A stretch of 64,000 bases of DNA from Geosiphon pyriformis uo1 (Eukaryota; Fungi; Glomeromycota). Below the pieces are notes generated by a model, which saw only the letters and a program-made list of their open reading frames with translations, did not search any database and was not told where the DNA came from. Every line of letters begins with the position of its first letter. The stretch's first letter is position 1. Below are positions 37,309-51,679 of this stretch, piece by piece. Location of the stretch: NCBI GenBank assembly GCA_016748015.1, contig JAAOMT010000571.1, positions 494,892-558,891 of the forward strand, in the 5' to 3' direction. Made by a program: the position numbers and the translations under genes.

Positions 37309-39180
37309 CCAAAAACACCATTAACATCTCATCAACAGGCACATTCACATCACACGTAACATTAACATTTGGATAACTTCTATTTCAAAATAAACAAAAG
37401 AAAGCAGAATTACTAGGAACCTATGGCGATTATTTTGAATTTAAATTGTGATTGCCAATGCCATCAAAATTCCGATCACTGCCACCTCCATCCAATTTTG
37501 GAAATACAAGTCCTTGGAAGATAATGGAATTAGAAGAGAAGGAAGAAGAAGAAGTTGAAGATCAAAAATTTACTTACCAGAACCAATTCCAGAAAACTTG
37601 AACATTAAAACCCCAAACTTTCAGACTTAGCAAGATCCAAATTTAGAAAATCTGGAAGTTAAAACTCCAAATTTTCAAACTCAGCAAAATTGGAATGATT
37701 GAAACCCCAACATTAATAATCAACAACACTTATCTTCAGTAATCATTATTAATCAACCACTAATTGAAACAATTATTAAACCAATTTAACAGTAGCCATT
37801 TCAACCACTCTAACAACCACAACAGCTGCTACAATAGCCACAACTATTACTTCAACAGCAAAGAAAATGACACCCAGGCATGGATCAATAACATTGCCAA
37901 AGCAATCATGACAAATAACTGGGATGACAACAGAGCCTTTCAAGCAATTTTATACTTTTTCCAAGATACTGCCAATTCATGGTATTAAAGTTTAGCCACC
38001 AAACCTCAAATATTCCAGGAATTCAGAATTGTATTCTTGGAATATTTTAGTAATAATAACAGTATTAATCACTTAGCCAACACTTTTATTACAATTAAAC
38101 AGAGAGAAACTAAAGCAGTTACTACTTACTTAGGACGTTTTTACAGGAATTTGCACCAAATTTAAGTAATCCAAGCTGACTATTTTACAGTGCCACAGAT
38201 TCTAAACCAGTTTATCTGTGGACTGTGCAGTAGTCTTCTTCAATGTGTATGTCTAATGCACTTACAAACTCTCCAGAACACAGTCACCAATGTGAGAGAT
38301 TTTGAATTGGCAGAACTTGAAGCAAACCATGCCCAAGCCATTAACCTGGTTATAAATAGATCATCTAACTTGGATTCCAAATTGAAACAGTTCAGTGATT
38401 CAATTAATCAGAAATTGAAAGGATACTTAACTGATAATCACACAATTTATCAGCCACCCCAATGATATAATAATTCTGAAAGCATAAATCGCTCACTAAA
38501 TTAGTTGTATTCATCATCTTCAACCAATTAGATGTGGTAACAAAAAATGCATGTTTGCTACTACTGTGGTAAACAAGAACATTTGAGAATTGACTGTAAG
38601 TTAAGACTAGATAACCAATGATTGGGAAATTAATATCAAAACTCTGATTGCAAATTTCAGACTTTAAATTATTAATCAAACCCAGAACTGTATTAACCAA
38701 ATTACTTACCTATAACACAACAGTCAATTTATCAACCACCAGTTTATTAGCCAACAACACCAGTAATCTATCAACCACAGTCCCAGTCTATTTATTAGCT
38801 ATAGCCTCAAGTAATCTATCAACTCTAACAAATTCAAACACCATCACAAAACTTACCTCAAAACAGAACCCAAAGGCCAAAACTGACACAACAGAGCTGA
38901 AGATCATCGATGGTAGTCCATTAACTGATCTCCAGTTTCTCGAACCAGCTATTAGGATCTTGACGATAGAATTTGGGCACCAGGTATATCCAAAACCTGA
39001 ATGCTTAATAGTATTTAAGTCTTCTGGTTACCCCAGAAGATGCCTCACCCAACAATTAGAAACCCAAACAGAAACAACTACTTACCAGCAATATTCCACC
39101 AGCAACCATCTTCAACAACAAATCCCTAGCAGCTATTTTTCTTTTTAAACTAGAAGAAACCACACCAGTCCCATTATTCA
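37309..39180 (+). pseudogene. gag: gag of F, continued (deletion of the capsid start near 37860)
   Basis: QAWINNIAKAI, PQILNQFI, CYYCGKQEHLRIDC; the same frame continues into PR. Confidence 0.88.
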
Positions 39181-39600
39181 GTAAAGCTGCTTTTGATACC
39201 AAACTGATTACTGCCATGTACACTGACATGAAAGTTGATGGTTATGTCATCAAACTGATCCTAAACAGTAGATTAGCTGGCAGCATTATTACATAACAAC
39301 TTATAGACCAATTAGGTTGCCAAGTTGATTACGCTGCTAGCACATGCATAATTACTGCTGATAGAGCAACCAAAACTCCAATCGGCAAGATTGATGACCT
39401 CCCTATAGAGGTTAATAGCATCATTGTACCAATCAAAACATTAGTTATGGAGGCTATCCAATATCAAGCACTCATTAGTAATGACTGGCTGTCCAAAGCC
39501 AATACAATGCTTGATTGGAACACCCAAGAGCTCCAGTTTAGTTAAAACGGTTGACACCTACATGTACCAGCCATGTGTGGCCACTTCAAGTCTATTAACA
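39180..39600 (+). pseudogene. pol: Aspartic protease of F
   Basis: IKLILNSRLAGSII, ALISNDWL. Confidence 0.85.
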
Positions 39601-40809
39601 CGACATCAGCTCCACTCATTAAGTTCAAAGAAGAGAAAAAAAAACCTACCTGGGAAGTTTACCAAGTCTTTTGGGCCAACATAGAACACAACAAACTACT
39701 GCCAATATCATTATGGAATGACAAAGGAAAGGAAAGAAGAGAAGAAGAACTTCCTGGGGAAACCAACCAAAGTTATTGGGACAATAATAGTCAAAGCAAG
39801 CAGACACTGATTTGAACTTGAAAAGAGAAAAGAAAAAGGAAAGAAAAAGGACCAGAACCAGTCACTACTCCAACATATACCCTATATACTTACTTTCAAC
39901 TACCACAATTACATTATCATTGACCAAAGCTCATATGTGTTAATTGTGACAAAAAATTGTCATCAATAGATGCATGCTGTGGTAATGATAAAGAATACCT
40001 AATGGCAACTAAATTTTATTGCCACCCATGCATTATTGAACACTTTGGAAGACCAAAATGAGTTGGAAAATGAGATAATAAGTTATGCTTGGCTTGTGAT
40101 AAAACTCTCCTCAATAAAGGAATGTGGAATGACATTCCTGGGAGAGGAAAAACATGTGACAAATCATGTCAGTACACAATTTTTATAAATAACTGGATAA
40201 GAAAAGAAATGTCCATAGATGCTGCCTGGAGATGAGCAATCAAACACTTTGACAGATGTCTATACAACAATAACAAAATTTGGCAAATGGCTTTTGCCAA
40301 AATCGAAAAAGCATTATCAGAAGAAATAAAAATAATCAAAAATAACCCTCCCAAGTCCATAAAACTTGACTGAAACCCAGAACCAGTCATAAACCTTCTG
40401 TATCCAAAACAATTTCATGAACACTACCAAAAATTAGCACCCACTAGAGAGGAACAAAAACAATGATTAGAAGAAATAAATACAAAACTATGTGACTATT
40501 GTTTAATTCCATGTGACTTTCAATATTGTAATGAGTGTGATCTCATTTACAATCCACCAATTCACATAATCTACACAATTCCAGAAGAGGAGGAACCAAT
40601 CAGCAGCTGCACATCAGAATTAGAATCAACTTTCAATCCCAATTCAAACTCTGACAACAATGACAATAAAAACAACAGTTCCAGTTCTGCTTAATGTGAC
40701 AATGGAAAATATAGTGATTCAAACTTTGATTCAAATCCTGAAACATACATCACACTCCCTGATCTCACCAAGGAACAAGAACTTAAATGGTTCAGCAATA
40801 ATAATGAAG

Positions 40810-42095
40810 GTATTATGCCAAAACATGTGCATAATACTGATGCAGGATTCAATCTGAGATATCTGGAAAAAAATTCCATTAAATTGGAACCCCATTCATG
40901 CACTTGCATTAATCTCAAAATGGCACTGAAAATTCCAGCAACAACAATGGTTCAGTTAGCATCTAGGAGTAGCTTAGCCAAAAAGAGAATCAACATCAGA
41001 GGAGGAATAATTGACACAGAATATGTAGAAAATATCATTGTGATGCTACAAAATGACTCAGAAAGGCATATATCATAGATCTAAACGAAAAGATAGCACA
41101 GTGTTATTCATAAAAAAAAAAACAGATATAGGGAGAATAGTAGACCAATGAGTGAATAGTATGTAGTATGTGAGCACATTGTTCAGCAATGTAGAGCAAT
41201 GATAGAAATCATGGCACATTGCTCAACAATGTGGAGCAATATCAGAAAACATGGCACATTGCTGCAATGTGGAGTAATATTAGAAAATTAAAGCATATTA
41301 CTCAGCAATGTGAGCATTGTTCAAGAAATCATAGCACATTACTCAGGAATGTGAGTGATCTCATAGAACATTAATTATGTATATATAGCAGTAACATTAA
41401 AAGTAAAAAGATAAAAATCCTTTAGTTAAAAATCTTCTATCCACAAATATTAAATAAATAAATCATTCACTATTCAAATTCACTCTCCACTATTAACACT
41501 TTATGTTGATAGTAATTGATACCTAACCACGCTGGAATAATAGCTCTTGATCATGGCTATTGACAAAATACTAATGTGCACATTACCTTGGCTCATTTCT
41601 TTATTTTCTTTTATTTATTTCTTTCTTTGATTTTTACAGTTGTATACTAACTGATTAAGAATTAAAGCACTGAGTAATTGATGTCATGGATAGCTTGGTA
41701 AAAGACCCAGAAATAAGAGTAAAATTATATATATATTAATGGATAGCTTACCAGAAGAACATGACTGCCAGAATAAACTGGCCACCAAGCTGAAGATAGA
41801 AATTGAGAACACAATTCACCAACCAATTACATTATTATTAAATCTCTGTTTATTATATAAAAGACTCAACTCTAAAACCTTCAGATACAACTAATATACC
41901 AGTATCACCAGCATTGTCAAGATATTGAGCACCAAGTTACAGATTTGTTATTTGATTTGAGACCCCAAATAATCATCTGTAACAACAGGCAATATTCCTG
42001 CCTCTGGTTAAAATAACTCAATTAGTATTAGTGGAAAACAGGGAAGAATTAGGGATCACAGCTAGAGAAATACAAGGATTTAGATCTACAAGTAA
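40810..42095 (+). pseudogene. dut: dUTPase of F, split in motif 4 by solo LTR 41102-41984
   Basis: DAGFNL, ASRSSLAKK, GGIIDTEY, KIAQ|AIF, IQGFRST. Confidence 0.9.
41102..41984 (+). mobile_element. Solo LTR with C-type R/U5 and a different U3
   Basis: TGTTA...TGTAACA; perfect TSD acag/acag. Confidence 0.93.
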
Positions 42096-42729
42096 AATAG
42101 ATATACTGGTTAATATGGCAGAGAAAAAAATTATTGACAAGGAAGAAATTATCTCCACTCATTAACCAATATCTATTCCACCATATAACCAGTACATAGT
42201 AGTCATAGAAAGAAAAGTAAAAGATCAGATACAGATTTTTGAAGCAGAAACAACACTTTGTGAATCAGGAAAAATCAGATTAATCAATCTACACATACCA
42301 GCCAAAAACCACAGCAACATCAAAATCCCTATTTACAACAATATGGGAAACATTATCGAGATACCAGAAAGAACTACTATTGGATACTTGACCACAGAAA
42401 TTGAAGACCAATTCTCAGACACTATTTCAGACTTTCCACAACTGTGTGAATATGTGGATATCACATCTCAAATCATATATGGTTGAGAAGAATATTATTT
42501 GCTCCAATCAGAACAATTGAAACAAATAAACATGAGAAACTTAGATCTATTACAATATATGCAGCTCAAAATATTACTCAACAATTTCAATGACATCTTT
42601 GCCAGCAAAAACAAATTTGGTAGAACTGATATTATCCAACATCAAATCAAGACTAAAGATGCAATGCTGATTAAACAGAAAGCATACAGAGTACCACCAG
42701 CTAGCCATAAGATTATTCATCAAGAAATC

Positions 42730-43926
42730 AATCAGATGCTTGACAATGGGCTAATTCAGCCATCAATGAGTCCATGGTCATCACCAGTGGTACTAGTCTG
42801 AAAGAAGAATGTGAAAATCCACTTTTGTGTAGATTACTGGAAGTTGAATGGAGTAATCAAAAAAGATAGCTATTTAATGTCAAAGATCCAAGAGCTGTTT
42901 GATACTTTTAGAGGAAAAAAATGGTTTTCAACATTAGACTTAAACAGTGGTTACTGACAAGTAGCCATGAAACCAGAAGACAAAGAGAAAACAGCTTTCA
43001 CAACTCGGGAAGGAAATTCTGAATTTGAAGTAATGTCATTTGGCTTGATAAATGCTCCAGCAATATTCCAACAACTCATGAAAATTGTCTATACTGGATT
43101 ACTGTAGAAATCAGTAGTTGTTTACTTAAATAACACCAATGTGTTCTTAGAGACATTTGATGATCATTTGTATCATCTCCAACAAGTGTTTGAAAGATTA
43201 AAAAGAGCAGAATTGAAATTAAATGTGACCAAGTATTTTTTTGGCAAAACAGAGTTAAAATTTTTGAGACATGTTATAAGCAAAGATGGCATTAAAATAG
43301 ATCCAGATAAAATTGCAATAGTAAAAAACTTTCCAGTACTAACCAACTTAACAGAACTGAGAGCATTTTTGGGATTCACTGGATATTATCACCATTTCAT
43401 TAAAAACTTTTCTAAACTGGCCCAGTTACTTTATCACTTACAAACTAAAAATATAAAGTATGAATGGACAGAAGCTCAACAAGAAGCATTCAACACACTG
43501 AGAAGAAAGCTTATTCAAGCTCTAGTGTTGATGTATCCAGATCACAACAAATCATTCATTATTACCACCAATACATCAGGCCAGACATTGGGAGCAGTAC
43601 TATCACAGAAAAGACCAGATAGAAGAGAACATCCAGTAGCTTATGCCAGTAGAAGCTTAAGTCCAGCAGAATAGAACTATAGTACTCCAGCACTAGAACA
43701 CTTAGCTATTTATTGAGCTGTCATTAAATAGAAAGAATACTTGAGTCAAAAGTTTAACATGTATACTAATCACAAAGAATTGACTTTAATCCAGAAGCAA
43801 AAATTTGGAGACAATCGCCATGCCAAATGGAAAATAAAATTTTCACCATTCAATTATACAGTACATTATAAAAAGAGAAAAGACAATGGAAATGCTGATG
43901 GTTTGTTACAAATGAGACAAATCTAA
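42730..43926 (+). pseudogene. pol: RT + RNase H of F
   Basis: SPWSSPVVLV, FCVDYWKLN, HPVAYASRSLSPAE, NGNADGL. Confidence 0.95.
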
Positions 43927-43979
43927 AAAAAACATTTCAACCCAAAAATATAACAAAACATAAATATACAAAAATACCA

Positions 43980-45337
43980 ACAACTCTAACATTATATAAA
44001 TACTCAATTGTTTAAAAAAAAATTATCTCAAAAGAAACAAAACAACATAAAACAGCAATCAAAATATTTTATCAACTATCAAAATATACTTTATCAGAAA
44101 AACAAAAAAAATTCAGATCAACCAACCAGAGTAATTACAAAATTAGAAAAAGAGACAATATTATTTAACATACATTCAGATCCAACAACAGAACATTTTC
44201 ATAAAGAAGCAACTATGAAAAGAACCAGAAAGAAATACTATTGGCCATTAATGTATCCAGACATTATTCAATATGTTCAAAATTGTGATGCTTGTCAGAG
44301 AAGAGGTGGAACAAAACTCAGTGAATTATTAAGACCAATTAAAGTAAAACAACTATTCAATCACATTGGAATTGACTTAGTCAGACCATTAACAATTACC
44401 AATAGAGGCAACAGATATATTGTAGTAGCTATAAACTATCTCACCAAATGGCCAGAAGCAAAAGCCATTCAAAGAGCAGATGCAGAATCCATTGCCAAAT
44501 TCATTCATAAAGATTTGATCTATCAACACAGATGTCCAAAAAAACTATTATCAGATTAAAGAACACACTTTGTGAATAGAACATTGACAGAATTAAGCCA
44601 AAAATTTGAGATAAAAAGACCATTATTATTACCATACTATCCATAAACAAATGGGCTAGTTGAAAGATTTAACAGAATATTGTGTGAAGCCATTGCCAAA
44701 ATCAGCCAAAAAAACCAGGATGAATGGGATTTGTTTATACTATCAGTATTATTTGCTTATTGGACAATGAAACAAGACACTATATAAGCAATACCATTTG
44801 AATTAGTATATGGTAGAACAGCAACATTACCAGTTGAGATAGAAGTCAACATTTATCCAACAGAACTAATAATAGAAGACAATTTTCAAGAAACATTGCT
44901 AAGAAGAACATATGAATTAATGGAAACACTAGAAAACAAATGACAAAGAGCAGCTGATAACATTTAAAAGTTACAAGAAAAACAAAAAAAAAGACATGAT
45001 AACCAACTACCAGATAAACTAGTTGAATTCAAGATTGGAGACAAAGTACTTTTATATTGTACCAAAGCAGAAAAACAATAGAGTAGAAAATTTGACTTTA
45101 AATAGGATGGGCCATTTTACATAGAAGAAATTCTTAGAAATAAAGCTTACAAATTAAGATTGAACAACAAAATCTTAACCAAAGTAGCACATGGTAATCA
45201 ACTGAAACCATATCACCATATAGTGTCACCAATCACCAGTAATATTCCACAATTAGGAGTACAGAGAATACTAGTCCAACCAAATGAAATTTCATGAGAT
45301 CTGAAACCAATCATAATCATTGGACCAAACACGTAAA
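43980..45337 (+). pseudogene. pol: Integrase of F
   Basis: YYWP..CDACQ, IGIDLV, TKWPEAKA, NGLVERFN, DGPFYIEE. Confidence 0.95.
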
Positions 45338-45367
45338 ATTGAACAATAAAAAGAGGATATAAAGAAC

Positions 45368-46035
45368 ATAATAGATGCAACAAAAGACTTCAGAAAAATG
45401 GAAATCACTAACAACATTCACTTACTGGCACAACAAATTTTCCAATTGATTCAACAACAGAATATAGAAATTACTATCAATCAACAAACCATTAGATACC
45501 AAGATACCAGAAAGAACCCAAATACAAAAGTCAAAAAAAAACAGAAAACACTATTGACAAAATGGTTCTAAAAATAAAATTAGCAATAGAAGAACCAACA
45601 ATTGTTACCACATATCAAGAGTTGACCAAAGAAACTTGGAAATAGTGAATACACAAATTTTCAAGAAACTTTTGTTATTTCCACTTGGAATGACACTTGA
45701 ATATTTAGAACTTATACACGGATAAAACAAAATGATTATTTGACACAACAATATTGCAACAACTGAAACAATTTGTGGGCAAGAACAATCTAATAACACA
45801 AGCAAAAGCCATCTATTAATTACATGCTGGATTTCAAGACAGACTGAAAATTTTATTCAATCTGGAAATAAATTCTATTACAGTTAACCAAATGAGAAAA
45901 ATAACCAACACCCAATTTGAAAAATTACAGAACAAAATAACTCAAGTAATTCTTGAAAAAGAAGTTCAAAAAATACTCAAAGACAGAGAATTAGAGTTAG
46001 GAGATTTGGAAAATCTCGACGGAGCTCAATATTAA
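45368..46035 (+). pseudogene. ORF3 of F
   Basis: Homologous to ORF3 of H and G; ends NLDGAQY* at the PPT. Confidence 0.8.
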
Positions 46036-46049
46036 AAAAGAAGAAATAA

Positions 46050-46861
46050 TGTTACTCATAGAATATAGGAAATATATATTAGCATAAATTAGCCAATTAG
46101 AAATAATTATAGTAAATGTAGAATTCCAGGATTCCTTTCAAGAGAAATTGCAGGATTCCAGAAATTTTAGAATTCTCATATAAGAAATTTCAGAATTCCT
46201 GGTGTGAGAAATTGAGAAATCAAAGAATTTCAATTATGTATATATAGCAATAGTATTAGAAGAAAAAAAAAAGAACAAAATCTTTTTAGTTAGAGACCTT
46301 CCAGTTTAGATTTGATCTAAGCAACCTTCTATTCACAAATATCAATAAATAATTATTTACTATCTCAATCCACTCTTCACTATCAACTCTTCATGTTGAT
46401 AGTAATTAATACTTAACTATACAGAAACAATAGCTCTTGATCACGACTATTGACAGAATACTAACTTGCAATTGCTTTTGTTTATTTCTTTATTTTCTTT
46501 TATTTTCTTTATTTCTTTTGTATTTCTTGTTGGTTGACTAATTAATTAAGGATTAAAGCACTGAGTTACAGACATCATAAAGACTGGTAAAAAACCTGTG
46601 AAACAAGAATAGGATATTTATAAATTTGAGAATAGCTTACCAGGAGGATTACTGGCCACCATGCTGAGAAAAAAATTCAATGGAATTGCAATTCTGAGAG
46701 ACTACTAAAACAACTATTAAATCTCTGTCTATTATACAAAGAACTCTGCAACAAAACTTTCAGATCAATCAAATCTTCAGAGATCAACACCAGAATACCA
46801 ATCAAGCACCAAGTTACGAATTTGTTATTGGCTTTAAGACTTCATATAAACATCTGTAATA
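46050..46861 (+). repeat. F 3' LTR
   Basis: Partner of 25805-26632. Confidence 0.92.
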
Positions 46862-48153
46862 CTGTCAAACACTTACAAACCCCAAAACAAAGAACTAGTG
46901 TCAAATTACCACTTTTTATTACACTATTTCTAATTTTATTTGCTTAACAGCAAACTTTCAATTTACTACTTATCCAGTTCTCAAGACTAAAAAATTTTCA
47001 GTTATTTAAAAGTCTTATTCAATAGCAGAAACCAATATCAACTAGTACTAATCTTCTTGATTACTTAAAAAAAAATCAAAGTAATTATTCAAAGAACTTA
47101 GAAAGTAAAGAAACTGAATCAGAATAAAAAAAGACTACTAAAAATAAAGAAAAAATAACAACTACATATATTGCAAAAATTACTGAATTTACAGAAAAAG
47201 ATGCTAATACCAGTTTACAAGAATGGCTTAACAAAGTTTAGAAAACAAAAGATGCAAACAGATGAATTGCAACAAGAATACTAAAAGCAATCTCATGTTT
47301 TCTCCAAGAAACAGCAGTAAAATGGTTTGAAAATTTGACTAAATCTTTTGAAAACTAGCAAGCATTTAAAGATGCTTTCTTGAAGCAATTTACTAATAAC
47401 AACACCTTTATTACTTTTCAAAATCACTTTTGCAATATCAAACAAAAATTATTTAAAACTGTTATGACTTATTTAGAAAGATTTAACAAACTTCTCAGAT
47501 GAATTCAACAATTGAAAACCAATGACTATTACTCTAATGCTCAGATTTTGGATCAATTTATTGCAGAATTAAAAAACAAATTAATCAAAAAAGTTTGTCT
47601 TCATGCTCTAACAGACTTAACTGTAGCAATTTAACATGCAAAAAACTATAAAATAGCTATAAAAGAAGCAAACCAAACAAAACTTGTGAATTTTGCTATT
47701 GGAGAAACCAGCTTAATAACTAAAAAGAAAATTGACTAACTCACAAAAAAAATTGAAAGTTATTTTACCAACCAATAACAACAGCAACAATCACAAAGAT
47801 ATTAGCCACTTCAATAATAAAATCAAAACAACTACACACTAAACAACCAATTTCAAAGCTGTTATTATTGTGAAATTCCAAGACATTAGAAATAAGATTG
47901 CAGAAAATTCAATAAGACTAACAAAACAGAAGTAATTAACATTACTCTTTACTACAACAATCTTATTACCAACCTCTACTATCAACTTATTATCTACCAA
48001 GACCACAAAATTAAAACAGTTACTATCAATCTGTTTCACAACTCATGTAGCAACAATATTAGCAACCTCTATCAATTCAACAATATTAATTACCATCTAC
48101 TCAACAATATTAAATATTTACTCGAAGATTGATTCAACAAAACCAATTCACAC
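46862..48153 (+). pseudogene. gag: gag of E1, continued
   Basis: YIAKITEFT, EWLNKV, KAISCFLQ..KWFENL, QILDQFIA, zinc knuckle. Confidence 0.85.
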
Positions 48154-49196
48154 TGTTACCCAAGTAAAAAAACTGATCTGAAGTTATAAAAAAATATAAC
48201 CAAAACATGACATAACACAGAATAGCACACAATAATATTGGATAATGCATTATAACTTAGGATAGTGCAGAATAATGTGTTATAATGTAGAATAATACAG
48301 AATAACATGTAATAATACCAGATAATGTATTATAACATAGAATAACTAATAATAATGTAGATGAATAAAGCAATAACAGAAATAACAAAGCAATAGTTAG
48401 CAATAACAAAACAATCAGAAGCAATTCTGTAAAACCAAAAGAATGTATAAAAGTGAGTAGTTATAGAAAGTAGAAACAGACAGACAGATAGATATAAATT
48501 ACTAGACAAGAATCAAATATCCATATCTTTTTATTATTTATTATATTCCATATTCATCTTCTGAAATAAATTAATTATTAAAAAATCAGAATCATGAATT
48601 CATGTTTTCGAACTTTGTGGAATTTATGTGAATTAACCATTGTTTTATATCTTTATTTCAGGACAGATGTTTTTAGCATAACTGCCTTAAACTATTAACA
48701 ATTTGGACCAATCACTCTTGATAATGGCAATTGATGATACTAATTTATCTTTTTTTTTTCTTTTTTTTCTTTTTTTTTATATTCTTTTTCTTTTTTTATT
48801 TTTCTCTTGTGAAGTGGCAACATAGTAAAATTGATTGTCTGGGAATAGACTTTGTGATAGCCTAGTAAAAGAGAAAAGCTCTTCCTAGGTTTTTGGATAT
48901 TAACATTATCTTGATAGCTTACTAGAAGAGCAAAAAGACAATGCCAGACTCTAATAACTGCACTCATTAGCTTGAAGAAAAAAGCTCACCTTTATAAAAA
49001 GTTGCAATTAACAAGAACCAAAACTCTGTGCCTTATAACCAAAAAACTCAACAAGTAAATTCACAACCAGTAAAATAAGACCTTCAGAGATTGATGATCA
49101 TAATTAAGCCACCAAAATTACATAAAACATGTCTTACCAATAATTGAGAGCACCAAACATTACCATCTCTTTACTTCACCAAGTTTATTTGTAACA
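48154..49196 (+). repeat. B2 5' LTR
   Basis: tgttaccc...tgtaaca followed by tttggtgtttcttatgagg. Confidence 0.88.
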
Positions 49197-49257
49197 TTTG
49201 GTGTTTCTTATGAGGTTATAAATTTACAGAAACAAAGCACCCCAGAAATTCACAAAA

Positions 49258-50102
49258 GTAGCGACTATTAGAACAGTAGAAAAAAACCACTTCCTATATG
49301 AAAAAGCATTATTTCAATACTTTCAAAAAGACCTAGGAATACTAGTAGAAACTGCTTATGCAGAAAGTGATTTTTGTAACTATATTAATACAAAAATTGA
49401 CTGCTTATTAGGCTGCACAACCAATACAGAAAAACTGGAAGAACAAATCTATCAAAGCTTATTAGGGTACTCAACAGCCACAACTACCTAAGCAATCGCT
49501 GAAACTCTGTACATAATTGATACAGACATTAAATATTACATGGCAAAATAATTTCCTTAAGTACAACAACCAGTAGAATTCGACCCTGAGGAATACAAAG
49601 ATGAATTCAACAATCTTGCAACTGTTCAAGCCAAGTTCATGGTCAACAAGAAACCAAGGTTCTTCTTCTCAACAATTTCATTATATTATCAGACATTCCA
49701 AAGTAGAATTGTATTCAACCCACTTCTGGAAATTCACACCCCTGGGGTCAACACAGTTGAACCAAATTATTAAGAGAATATGGATCATTGTTTGAAAATC
49801 TCATCCCAATAATTAATAAAACAGATAGAAATATATTAACATGAGAACCACCACCAACCCAATTCTTGACCAAATCATTAACTACCTCTTCTGAAGAAAC
49901 AGCTATCCTCTAGCCTATTGGAAAAATTAACAAGAAAAACAACCAGAATTAGCACCAGAAAAACACCTTAGCACACAAACACCAAACCCTTCAACATCAA
50001 CCAGTAAAACTTTATCTACCTACCAGATTATGGCTTACTGAGATATTGCCAAATTAAAAAAATTCTTTGGTGAAAAAAACAACACATATACATAGATCGC
50101 AG
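49258..50102 (+). pseudogene. gag: gag of B2, first part
   Basis: Homologous to B1 10542-10980; MAY*DIAKLKKF near 50029. Confidence 0.8.
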
Positions 50103-50965
50103 TATTACAAATGATTATTTGGGGTCTCAAATTAAATAACAACCCATAACTTGGTGCTTAATTGATTGAATGATGTTGGTGATTTCTGAAAGTGATATTG
50201 ACCTAAAGATTTTGCTGTGGAATTTTTTGTATAATGGACAGAGATTTAATTAATAGTGTTATCTGTAGCTTTCCAAAACCACAGTTTCATCAATTTCTTT
50301 TTCAGTGTGATAGCCAGTAATTTTTCTGGTAAGCTATCCTCAATTGAGTATTCTACTCTTATTCCTGGGTCTTTTACCAGTCATTTTGACATCAGTACTC
50401 CACATGTTATTCTCTTTCAATCAATTAGTACACAATAATAAAATCACAGAAATGAAATAAAAAAAATAAAACAAAAAAAAATAAAAAAAATAAGCCAAGG
50501 CAATTTGCAAGTTAGTATCCTGTTAATAGCTGTAATCAAAAGCTATTATTCCAGTGTGGTTAAGTATTACTTGTTATCAACATAAAGTGTTAATAGTAAA
50601 GAGTAAAATTGGAGATAGTGAATAATTATTTATTAATATTTGTAATTTGGAAGGTTGTTTAGATCAAATCTAAACTAAGAGATCTGTCTTTTCTATTTCT
50701 AATACTACCACTATATATACATAATTGAGATTTCTCAATTCCTCAATTCTTTACACCAGAAATTCTGGAATTTCTGGAATCCTGTAATTCTTTTTGAAAG
50801 GAATTCTGGAATTTTGGAATTCTGTGATTCCTTGTACAAGAATCCTGAAATTCCTGAAATCTTGCAATTCCTCTTGAAAAAAATCCCGGAATTTTACATT
50901 TACTATGGCTACTTCTGATTGACTAATTTATATACTAATATACTTCTTATGTTTTATGAATAACA
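50103..50965 (-). repeat. G 3' LTR
   Basis: Matches 59018-59880. Confidence 0.92.
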
Positions 50966-50979
50966 TTATTTTTATCTTT

Positions 50980-51648
50980 TTAATATTAAGCTCTATTGAA
51001 ATCTTCCAAATCTCTTAACTCTAATTCTCTGTTGTTGAGTATTTCTTGAACTTTCTTTTCGAGAATTACTTGGGTTATCTTGTTCTGTAATTCTTCAAAT
51101 TGGATGTTGGTTATTTTTCCCATTTGGTTAAGTATAATGGAGTCCAATTCCAGATTAAGTAAGATTTCCAGTCTGTCTTAGAATTCTGTATGTAACTGAT
51201 AGATAGCTCTTGTTTGTGTAGTCAAATTGTTTTTTCCCACAAATTGTTCCAGTTGTTGCAGTATTGTTGTGTCAAATAATTGTTTTGTTTTATCCATGTA
51301 TAAATTCTGAATATTCAAGTGTCATCTCAAGTGGAAATAACAAAAGTTTTTTGGAAATTTATGTATTCACTATTTCCAAGTTTCTTTGATCAACTCTTAA
51401 TATGTGGTGACACTTATTGGTTTTTTTATTGCTAATTTTATTTTCAGAACCATTTTGTGGATAGTGTTTTTTGTTTTCTTTTGACTTTTGTATTTGGGTA
51501 TTTTTCTGGTATTTCAGTATTGAATGGTTTGTTAATTGATAGTAATTTCTATATTCTGTTGTTGAATCAGTTGAAAGATTTGTTGTGCTAGTGAGTGGAT
51601 GTTATCAATAATTTTCATTTTTCTGAAGTTTTTTGTCATGTCTACCAT
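50980..51648 (-). pseudogene. ORF3 of G
   Basis: ATG GTA GAC at 51648; close homologue of F ORF3. Confidence 0.8.
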
Positions 51649-51679
51649 GTCTTTATATCCTCTTTTTATTGTTTAATTT

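Larger units (their letters stand above)
25805..46861 (+). mobile_element. F: full-length Ty3/gypsy element, family C, dUTPase-bearing
   Basis: LTRs 25805-26632 and 46050-46861, PBS 26635, PPT 46036-46049, TSD ctgc/ctgt; holds H and a solo LTR. Confidence 0.93.
24471..48153 (+). mobile_element. E1: Ty3/gypsy element of LTR family E, 5' part only (24471-25804 and 46862-48153), split by F and cut by B2
   Basis: LTR homologous to 60324-61200, PBS at 25334, gag continuous across the F TSD (TPKIT|AKHLQTPK), knuckle CYYCEIPRH*K*DC at about 47860. Confidence 0.8.

Noticed and set aside
38550-39200. Programmed gag-pol frameshift
   Set aside because: Manual translation of F shows knuckle and pre-protease region in one frame; no frameshift is needed
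41173-41355. CRISPR-like array of palindromic repeats
   Set aside because: Spacers are themselves repeated, the array lies inside an LTR, and there are no cas genes
45368-46035. ORF3 as Env or chromodomain
   Set aside because: No visible signal peptide, TM helix or chromodomain Y.VKW.G motif
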